From the NCBI GenBank assembly GCA_963836235.1, contig CAWIIP010000002.1:1664001-1728000 (forward strand): 64,000 bases of DNA, in the 5' to 3' direction. The translations under genes were made by a program, and so were the position numbers. Shown here one piece after another: positions 56,733 through 64,000 of the stretch (positions are counted from its first letter, which is position 1; each line of letters begins with the position of its first letter). Source of the DNA: an uncultured Pseudomonadota bacterium. GTDB lineage: Bacteria; Oederibacteriota; Muellerivitia; Muellerivitales; Muellerivitaceae. The notes beneath the pieces are model-generated. The model saw only the letters and a list, made by a program, of their open reading frames with translations, did no database searches and had not been told where the DNA came from.

Positions 56733-57740
56733 ATGAGAAACATGATTGTCTTTTTGGGTATTTCGCTGGTCATTCTCGGAGCCGGTTGCCAGAAGAGTTT
56801 TGATCTTACTCCCACAGCCCCGCCCTTTATTCCCCCAAGCCCGACCTTTACGGTCGTTCCAGGCGCGCCTTCTTCCACCCCCTCGGTGGTTCCTAACGCC
56901 ACGGCGGTCTTCACCAAGACCGATACGCCCCTTGCGCTTCCTTCTTCGACAGCTACACCAGTCGATTCTGCGACCCCCGGGGTGACTGCCTCCCCGACGG
57001 TGGCTATTACTTTAATCCCCATCGGGACTCCGACGATCACTTCGCTTTTCACTTCGTCCCCGACAAATACTCCGATACCCGCTAATACTTTTACCGCCAC
57101 GGCCACCATTACCACCACCGGAGGATGGGTTCTAGCTACCGCCACTTCAACCCCGACCCCCATGGATACCTTTACCGCAACGGCGACCATTACCACGACC
57201 GGGGGTTGGGTTGCCGCTTCCGCGACCCCGACTTTCTCGAATACTCCCAGCCCCACGGCGACTTCTACCGATACGCCCTTTGGGACGCCCACGAAAACCG
57301 GGACGGCCACCCATACGCCCACCGACACCCGGACCCCCACCCACACGCCCACTTCCACCCATACGCCGACCGTTACCCCCACGCCCACGACCATTCCCCC
57401 GGGCACAGTGGTGATCGGGACCACCGCTAATTTTAGCGAAATCCTCGCCAACTCCACGGTGCCGGTCGTGCTGGAATTCTGGGCTTCCTGGTGCGCCACT
57501 TGCACTTACTATTCGCCGGTCGTCACCCAGTTCGCCACGGATTACGCCGGCCAGGTCCTCGTCGTGAGGGTGAACGCCGACCAAAATATGGCCCTGCTGA
57601 CCAAGTATGGCGTGCCCATCGCCGGCACCAATACCTACGGGCTTCCCGAAACGATTTTCTTCAAGAATGGGACCGAAATTCTCGACGCGACGGGATACCA
57701 AAGCGAAGCCAGCTTGGCGGCCATCTTAAGCAGCCTTTAA
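56733..57740 (+). CDS. Lipoprotein with long Thr/Pro stalk and C-terminal thioredoxin domain
   Basis: AAGGAG RBS; lipobox GAGC; ~200-aa T/P region; PVVLEFWASWCATC...VNAD...GLP.TIFFKNG. Confidence 0.85.
   Translation: MRNMIVFLGISLVILGAGCQKSFDLTPTAPPFIPPSPTFTVVPGAPSSTPSVVPNATAVFTKTDTPLALPSSTATPVDSATPGVTASPTVAITLIPIGTPTITSLFTSSPTNTPIPANTFTATATITTTGGWVLATATSTPTPMDTFTATATITTTGGWVAASATPTFSNTPSPTATSTDTPFGTPTKTGTATHTPTDTRTPTHTPTSTHTPTVTPTPTTIPPGTVVIGTTANFSEILANSTVPVVLEFWASWCATCTYYSPVVTQFATDYAGQVLVVRVNADQNMALLTKYGVPIAGTNTYGLPETIFFKNGTEILDATGYQSEASLAAILSSL
57075..57240 (+). repeat. Intragenic duplication (TFTATATITTTGGWV x2)
   Basis: Two ~81-nt units visible in both DNA and protein. Confidence 0.75.
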
Positions 57741-57842
57741 CCGGCCGTCAGGCCGGTTCTTTTTCTTAAACCACTGAGGATTGATTCCACTGGGAGCGAA
57801 AGACCACCCACCCCTTAGTTGGAATCTTTCGTGGGTTACTCC

Positions 57843-57868
57843 GTAACTTTTTTCCCCGGTTTACCGTA
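57843..57868 (+). promoter_or_regulatory. Putative ECF-sigma promoter GTAAC-N17-CGTA
   Basis: Exact motif ending 28 nt before the dipZ start. Confidence 0.55.
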
Positions 57869-57895
57869 AAGTAAGTCACCCACGACACGAAAGAG

Positions 57896-59632
57896 GTGAC
57901 TATGCTTTTTCTTTTGTTCTTCAGCTTCCTGGCCGGCTTCGCCACCATCCTCGCCCCCTGCATCTGGCCGCTCCTGCCCCTGGTGCTTTCGGTTTCCTCC
58001 ACGGGTGGCAAGAAAAAGCCCTTCGGACTGACCCTGGGGGTCATGACCAGCTTTTCCATCTTCACCCTTTTTGTCTCCTACCTGGAACGCATCCTCCATA
58101 TCGACGCCAATGTTTTTCGCTTGATGGCCGTTGTCATCAGCAGTCTTTTGGGCGTGTCGCTGCTTTTTCCCTCGCTTGGCGCGAAGTTCGAGGCCTGGAT
58201 CAACAACGTCCTTCAGCCCCTGCAAAACAAACTTCAGGGGAACGCGGAAGGGGAAGGGTTCGGGGCCGGTTACGTGGCGGGTTTTTCCATCGGCCTGGTC
58301 TGGGCGCCCTGCGCGGGGCCCATCCTGGCCACCATCGCCACACTGGCCGCCACCCAATCGGTGAACTTTCAGGTGCTCCTGGTGACCCTGGCTTACGCCA
58401 TGGGCCTGGGCATTCCGCTGTTCCTGGTTTCCCTCGGCGGCTCGGTGATTTTCGCGCGTATGCGCAAGGTGACGAAATATACCGGCGTCGTCCAGCAGGT
58501 TTTCGGCGTGATCATGATCGGGGTGGCGGTATTGATTTACACCAATTACGACAAGACCATACAGCTGAAAATCCTCGAGGCCTTTCCTTCCTATGGGAAC
58601 CTGGTCAACGGGGTGGAGAACAACAAGATCGTCAATGAACAGTTGGATTCCTTGCGGGGCCGGGCGCCCCGGACCGAGGCCGCCATGGACGAGGGAAAGC
58701 TGACCGACATGGGGCCCGCGCCGGAATTCACCGGCATCACGAACTGGCTCAACGGCTCACCCCTGACCCTGGCCCAACTGAAGGGCAAGGTCGTGCTGGT
58801 GGATTTCTGGACCTATAGCTGCATCAATTGCCTGCGCACCCTGCCCAACAACAAGGCATGGTACCAAAAATACGGCCCGGACAACTTCGTGCTGGTGGGC
58901 GTGCACGCGCCCGAGTTCGCCTTCGAAAAGGAAACCGCCAACGTCCAAAAAGCCCTGGGGCAGTTCAACATTACCTACCCGGTGGCCCAGGACAATGACT
59001 TCAAAACCTGGAACGCCTACCACAACGAATATTGGCCGGCCGCCTATCTGATCGACGCCAAGGGGCATATCCGCCTGGCTCATTTCGGCGAGGGTCATTA
59101 CGGGGAGATGGACGCCGCCATCCGGACCCTTCTGGCCGAGGCCGGCCATCCCGTCACGGGAGGAGCCGCCCTGGTGGAAGCCGAAGGCATCGGCTACGAC
59201 CAGACCCCCGAATCCTATTTGGGGCTGGACCGGTTGGAGCGTTTCGCTTCCCCGGAAAAAGCCACCGAGGGAATGAAAACCTATTCACTGCCGAAAAACC
59301 TGGCCCTGCACCATATCTCCTACCAGGGTGCCTGGACGCTCAGTGATGAGGCGGCGAAAGCCACCCAGGGCTCGGCCCTGGAAATCCAGTTCGCCGCGGA
59401 CAAGGTTTATCTGGTGATCGGGCCCGCGATGAAGGGCGACCAAGTTTCCCTTTTTCTGGATGGAAAGGCGATCAGCGAAGGCGCGGGGGCGGATGTGGCA
59501 AATGGGAAGGTTCTTTTAGATACGCACCGGCTTTACAACCTGGTGGACTTCAAGGGCAAGCCGGGCTCCCACCGCCTTCGCATCGAGTTCCAGAACGCGG
59601 GAACTTCGGTTTATGCCTTCACGTTTGGGTGA
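57896..59632 (+). CDS. dipZ: DipZ (CcdA membrane domain + thioredoxin + C-terminal beta domain)
   Basis: LAPCIWP, WAPCAGPIL, DFWTYSCINC, GVH.PEF.FE, N.YWPA, TPE.YLG, YAFTFG. Confidence 0.92.
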   Translation: MTMLFLLFFSFLAGFATILAPCIWPLLPLVLSVSSTGGKKKPFGLTLGVMTSFSIFTLFVSYLERILHIDANVFRLMAVVISSLLGVSLLFPSLGAKFEAWINNVLQPLQNKLQGNAEGEGFGAGYVAGFSIGLVWAPCAGPILATIATLAATQSVNFQVLLVTLAYAMGLGIPLFLVSLGGSVIFARMRKVTKYTGVVQQVFGVIMIGVAVLIYTNYDKTIQLKILEAFPSYGNLVNGVENNKIVNEQLDSLRGRAPRTEAAMDEGKLTDMGPAPEFTGITNWLNGSPLTLAQLKGKVVLVDFWTYSCINCLRTLPNNKAWYQKYGPDNFVLVGVHAPEFAFEKETANVQKALGQFNITYPVAQDNDFKTWNAYHNEYWPAAYLIDAKGHIRLAHFGEGHYGEMDAAIRTLLAEAGHPVTGGAALVEAEGIGYDQTPESYLGLDRLERFASPEKATEGMKTYSLPKNLALHHISYQGAWTLSDEAAKATQGSALEIQFAADKVYLVIGPAMKGDQVSLFLDGKAISEGAGADVANGKVLLDTHRLYNLVDFKGKPGSHRLRIEFQNAGTSVYAFTFG

Positions 59633-59863
59633 GTCTCACCCCATCGTGGGATAGTCGGTATAGACCTTCGTTTCCTAATATAGGCCGCCAGATCAGCTTC
59701 ATTTAGCGCGGATTTTCATTAGTTGAAACTCCCATGAAAAGCGCTCTTTTTTCGACCTTAATTTGTTGCCAAACTAAATACCCTCCACTTAATATGTCGA
59801 AGCTAACGGACACCCCAAGTCAAATTTCGGGGCAATTTCTTGGATATTTAACTTGGGAACTCT

Positions 59864-61546
59864 ATGAAATATCGCATTATTGGGCTTTTTTCGGTTCTGG
59901 CTGGAATAGCTTTTTCAAACATTGGATGTCCTGGGAAAGATAACCCCACCAGTCCTGCTCCCGTAACAGTAATCATTGTCACGACCAGCACAGCGACTTC
60001 GACTCCGACAGGAACCCTAACACCCTTCACTCCGACCTTCACATTTACCGCTACCTTTACTCCTACCAACAGCCCTACCCTTACGGCCACAAGCACACCG
60101 ACCTCAACGGGAATCGCGACCAATACAAGAACGACGACTAGCACCCCTTCTTTCACCAGCACAAACAGTCCAACGTTCACGGCCAGCAATACCCCGACCG
60201 CGACCAATAACGCCACGAGTACGACCACGGCGACACCCACTTTAACTCCCAGCAACAGCCCTTCCGCAACCTCTAGCAATACCGTCTCAAAAACCTTTAC
60301 GCCCACAAACTCGGTCACGGGGACACCCAGTTTTACCCCGACGACCACCCCCACTTCGACGCCGACCAATACGGGTGGACTAACGTCAACCGCCACTAAT
60401 ACTCCTACCGCAACCAATGGGAGCGGGAATACTTCTACATTCACTCCCACCTTCACCGTTACCTCAACTTTGACCTCTACTAACACACCCGCGCCATGCT
60501 CAAGCGCGGTTTTCCTGTCGAGCTACACTTTTGACTATGGCTTGCAGTGCTGGTCAACCGCCGATAGCTCCCTTTCAGGGGTCACGGATTCTTATTCCTC
60601 AACCACCGTTCACTCGGGAATAGGGGCTTTTGAAGCTACCGCGCCCTTCTCTGGCACCGGGACGGTCAATATCGATATTCTTTTCGCTTCCCCAGCGAAT
60701 CTTTCCGGCCAAACCATCAGCCTTTGGGTCTATGTGGACGCCCCTGTGATCGCGGGTGCGGGAAGCTTCGCCCAACTCTTTACAGAGAGCGGAACGGGAT
60801 ATACCTGGGAGAACAATGCCGGAACCAACTTGACGGCGGGCAGTTGGACTCAATTAACCTTCACCCCTAATTGGGCCACTTCGGGGGAAAATGCCGCGCA
60901 AGTCGAACGCCTTGGAGTTCAGGTGCAATCCGGTACCTCGGCTACAACCGGACACATTTATGTCGACGATGTCACGATCAGTAACACACCGGCGACGCCG
61001 ACGCCTGTTGCGGGCGGAACCTGGTTTGATTCTGGCTCCTCAACGGCCTTGACCGGCTGGTCGGATTATTCCAATTACTACCTGAGTGGGGTTACCACCG
61101 GACCGACTCCGGTGGTTTCGGGTCTCTCTTCATCCTCACCGGGGTACAACAGCGCCAATTGCGTAACCGACAATATCCAATTCACCGCCGCGGGCCAGCA
61201 GGACAATATTCAGTACACCTGGGGGACGGGTTCTAACGCTGCCAATTTCACGACCTTGGGGGTCACGGGTTTCCGTGGCTGGATCAAAACGGACGCGGTT
61301 TTTTCCAACGGCTATCCAGGGGCGGGTTTATTCGTTAATACCAACAGTTATGCGGACAACTACAATGGGGGTTATGTCAATTTATCGAGCGCCGGTACAT
61401 GGACCCAAGTCAATTTCGCGCCGGCCTTTACCGGAACGGATGCCACGAACGTCCAGCAAATCGGGCTCTCGTTCTATACGGGAGCCAGCGCGACCGCTTC
61501 CTTCAATACCGCCAATGTTTATGTTTCTAACGTGGAGCTTTATTGA
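59864..61546 (+). CDS. Lipoprotein with T/P stalk and two CBM-like beta-sandwich domains
   Basis: NIGC-PGKDNPTSPAP; ~190-aa T/P region; two related domains (AGSWTQL...VERLGV...IYVDDV and AGTWTQV...VQQIGL...VYVSNV). Confidence 0.8.
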   Translation: MKYRIIGLFSVLAGIAFSNIGCPGKDNPTSPAPVTVIIVTTSTATSTPTGTLTPFTPTFTFTATFTPTNSPTLTATSTPTSTGIATNTRTTTSTPSFTSTNSPTFTASNTPTATNNATSTTTATPTLTPSNSPSATSSNTVSKTFTPTNSVTGTPSFTPTTTPTSTPTNTGGLTSTATNTPTATNGSGNTSTFTPTFTVTSTLTSTNTPAPCSSAVFLSSYTFDYGLQCWSTADSSLSGVTDSYSSTTVHSGIGAFEATAPFSGTGTVNIDILFASPANLSGQTISLWVYVDAPVIAGAGSFAQLFTESGTGYTWENNAGTNLTAGSWTQLTFTPNWATSGENAAQVERLGVQVQSGTSATTGHIYVDDVTISNTPATPTPVAGGTWFDSGSSTALTGWSDYSNYYLSGVTTGPTPVVSGLSSSSPGYNSANCVTDNIQFTAAGQQDNIQYTWGTGSNAANFTTLGVTGFRGWIKTDAVFSNGYPGAGLFVNTNSYADNYNGGYVNLSSAGTWTQVNFAPAFTGTDATNVQQIGLSFYTGASATASFNTANVYVSNVELY

Positions 61547-61584
61547 TCCGAAATGTTGAATGAATCTTTTATTGGAGTGCCTTT

Positions 61585-62646
61585 TTGAAACTACGTTTAT
61601 TTTGCCTTGCGGGTTTCTTGGTTTTGGGATCAGTTTTCATCGTCGGTTGCCCTGGCAAAACCACCACTCCTACCGCCCCCGCTCCAGTAACTATTTACTG
61701 GTCGGCCACCCCGTCTTTTACCCCCACCCAGGCTTGTTTCGTGGGAACTTCCCCTACCTGTACGCCGACCTTCACTTTTACTTTCACGAACACGTTTACG
61801 ATCACTAACACACCGACTAATACTTTTTCCCCGACCCCAACCTATTCGCCAACTAATACCTTATCGACGACTTATACGTTTTCTTCCACCCCGACAAACA
61901 CACCTACCTTTACGAATACTGTTGTCTCTTCAGTAACACCTACGGCCACCTGTGATTTAACTACGGTATTTCAAAATGTCAGTCTTAAAAACTGGAATTT
62001 TCAAGTTTACGCGGCCATCAGTTATGGGGTCGGGGAAACAAACTCTTGCCTAATCGGTGTTCCGATTACGATCGTGTTCAACCACCTGGGTAATCCATCC
62101 ACTATTTTGGGAAGTTTTATAGCGGATGGCGGGTCAACCAGCTGTGTCTTTAACCAAACCTTGCCGGTCGTCAGCCCCGGTGATGGCTTCCAAGTGAGCT
62201 TTAATTATTTGGGCACACTTTATTCGGGTTCATATACAAGTTCGTCACTGACAGGATGCGGAACCTATATTTTTGGCGGGGTTGGTGGGGCAGAGTTTGG
62301 GGCTGATTTTACTGTTCCGGGATGCACTTGGTCGGGGAACGTAACTGTTACGGGTGGTACTTGCGGGGTTTCCTGTGTTTGTGGGGTTGGACTTTCTTAT
62401 GCTTGGAATGGCACGCTAAGTCAAAACGGATCGAATCTTACTTTTGACTTGTCTGTCGCAGGTGGATCTCCAATTACTTTAACTGGAACCATATCAGGAA
62501 CTACAGCAGTACTAACTGGTTATGATTATTCAAACGGCGAGACAGCCACTGTTAATTTAACTTTTGGTAACAACAATCAATCTTTTAGTGGGACTGTTAC
62601 TGAGCCAAATCAGTGTAATCTTTCTGTTAGCGGCAGCAGTAGTTAG
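61585..62646 (+). CDS. Cys-rich surface lipoprotein, array member 2
   Basis: IVGC-PGKTTTPTAPAP; T/P stalk; Gly/Ser/Thr/Cys-rich beta domains. Confidence 0.8.
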   Translation: MKLRLFCLAGFLVLGSVFIVGCPGKTTTPTAPAPVTIYWSATPSFTPTQACFVGTSPTCTPTFTFTFTNTFTITNTPTNTFSPTPTYSPTNTLSTTYTFSSTPTNTPTFTNTVVSSVTPTATCDLTTVFQNVSLKNWNFQVYAAISYGVGETNSCLIGVPITIVFNHLGNPSTILGSFIADGGSTSCVFNQTLPVVSPGDGFQVSFNYLGTLYSGSYTSSSLTGCGTYIFGGVGGAEFGADFTVPGCTWSGNVTVTGGTCGVSCVCGVGLSYAWNGTLSQNGSNLTFDLSVAGGSPITLTGTISGTTAVLTGYDYSNGETATVNLTFGNNNQSFSGTVTEPNQCNLSVSGSSS

Positions 62647-62973
62647 AGGCACCTTTTAAGTAAGTGTGATGAATCTAATTTGAACTGATTAAAAAAAGCA
62701 GAGATTGGATTCTTACCGAGCCGTATGCAAAAGAAACAATTTCGGTGGATTCAAAGGTGAAATCGGATGAAACCAAAGTTCTTAGTGGTTTTTTTGCTTC
62801 TCGTCACTGGTTCCTTTTGGATTGTCGGTTGTCCTGGTAAAACCACCACTCCTACGGCCCCGGCACCCGTAACTATTTATTGGTCCGCTACCCCGTCTTT
62901 CACGCCCACTCAAGCTTGTTTCGTGGGAACTTCCCCCACCTGCACGCCGACCTTCACTTTTACTTTCACCAAC
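61639..62973 (+). repeat. 153-nt direct repeat (61639-61791 and 62821-62973) encoding identical 51-aa N-terminal modules
   Basis: Manual codon comparison: 17 third-position synonymous differences, no amino-acid change. Confidence 0.9.
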
Positions 62974-64000
62974 AGCTTTACCGCCACCAATACTCCCACT
63001 AATACTTTATCCCCAACTTTTACGTACTCACCGACGAACACCTTTTCCCCTACTTATACGCTTACTTCTACACCGACGAATACTGGAACGCTGACGCCTC
63101 CCGTCACGAATACAGCTACGAATAGTCCAACCAATACAACGACCCCAACGGGAACACTCGCAACCTCAACCCCCACTCCGACTTGCAATCCGCATGTCAC
63201 CTTTAGCGTTCCCACAAATCTAACCGTTCAAATAGGGAATGCAATTTTGGGCCCGGGAGACCCAGGGGATTATGAATGTCTCGGCGCTGTCCCCGTCACG
63301 ATTGTTTTTGATCATGGGGGAGTTCCCATAACTTATGGCGGATATTTTTCTATTTACGGAGCTTTCAGCCAAGCCGTTTCGTCTGTTTATCCTGGAGATT
63401 CGTGGACTGCGTCATTTAATTATCGGGGACAAGTTTACAGCCAAACCCAAACATTTAGTTCATGTCCAATTCCCTATTGCGATTATGGAACCTGTATTTA
63501 TGTGGATACTTCTAATTCCACAAGTACCTTCTATACCATTCCTACTTGTTCTGGTCTTCTCTGCGGTGGGGGAACGACGGGGACGACAACCGACCCTATC
63601 ACCATTCATGCTGAGGGGGTAGGCGGAGATGTTGTTAACGTCGTGTTCCTCGACGGAGATGGGGAGGGCATGCCAAATACATTGGTGGGCAGTAATTGCG
63701 GATTTGATTATTACGCGGGGAATAATGGTTCTTTCCAGATCCAATGTCCATTCACGATCGGCGATATTCAGTTGCAACTCAATTCTGTCGTGGGCGAATA
63801 CGTGACTATAGGGCAATGCGGTCTTGGTTTTACTATTGATGCATCTGATGTCGAATTGGCGGATGCGAATGGAAACTATGCTGTTTGGTGGGAAGGCGAT
63901 TTTAATAATTATAATTCTGCTGCATGTACAATTAATGTTTGTCCTTCTACACCCACACCATCGCCATGGGAAATAGATTCTGGCGGGCCTGGAACACTTG
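62767..64000 (+). CDS. Cys-rich surface lipoprotein, array member 3 (partial, not in ORF track)
   Basis: Manual translation from ATG 62767: MKPKFLVVFLLLVTGSFWIVGCPGKTTTPTAPAP...; open to the window end. Confidence 0.85.
   Translation, partial: MKPKFLVVFLLLVTGSFWIVGCPGKTTTPTAPAPVTIYWSATPSFTPTQACFVGTSPTCTPTFTFTFTNSFTATNTPTNTLSPTFTYSPTNTFSPTYTLTSTPTNTGTLTPPVTNTATNSPTNTTTPTGTLATSTPTPTCNPHVTFSVPTNLTVQIGNAILGPGDPGDYECLGAVPVTIVFDHGGVPITYGGYFSIYGAFSQAVSSVYPGDSWTASFNYRGQVYSQTQTFSSCPIPYCDYGTCIYVDTSNSTSTFYTIPTCSGLLCGGGTTGTTTDPITIHAEGVGGDVVNVVFLDGDGEGMPNTLVGSNCGFDYYAGNNGSFQIQCPFTIGDIQLQLNSVVGEYVTIGQCGLGFTIDASDVELADANGNYAVWWEGDFNNYNSAACTINVCPSTPTPSPWEIDSGGPGTL

Noticed and set aside
56693-60486. Val/Gly-rich minus-strand ORFs (56693-57505, 59848-60486) and ACN-CCN periodicity as a repeat array or CRISPR
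   Set aside because: These are the reverse complement of Thr/Pro codon runs; there are no fixed-length repeats with unique spacers and no cas genes.
61639-62973. Diversity-generating retroelement template/variable repeat pair
   Set aside because: Differences are synonymous third-position changes rather than adenine-specific, both copies are coding N-termini, and no reverse transcriptase is in the window.
63335-63816. Tracked ORFs 63335-63622 and 63460-63816
   Set aside because: Both lie inside the long open frame starting at 62767, which the track missed because it has no stop in the window.

Overview
A 64-kb chromosomal window from a diderm bacterium; lipoproteins, a probable beta-barrel protein and many Thr/Pro-rich exported proteins suggest an under-characterised lineage (inference only). 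In order: (1) the 5' part of an IS30-family transposase; (2) a TPR gene and a putative outer-membrane gene divergent from three lipoprotein genes; (3) a decayed IS1595-family element carrying an intact, AT-rich three-gene cargo cassette; (4) a korAB - polyferredoxin - TrxR-type FNR - mycobacterial Sdh1-type succinate dehydrogenase cluster; (5) transport and housekeeping genes (PiT, ArsC, EamA, desaturase, CstA, MarC, ClC, GGDEF, a frameshifted KimA-like transporter); (6) a thiol-redox/oxidative-stress region (peroxiredoxin-like, MsrB, three rhodaneses, DsbA-like, Ohr, a stalked thioredoxin lipoprotein, DipZ), in which three genes share an ECF-type promoter motif; (7) a tandem array of surface lipoproteins with a conserved N-terminal module and variable C-termini, running off the window. 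Non-coding highlights: several long REP-like inverted repeats, two candidate multi-stem RNAs (one with an 8-bp pseudoknot) and a duplicated ~65-bp element containing a palindrome. I recognised no rRNA, tRNA or CRISPR array. All family assignments are by eye from motifs, not from database searches.
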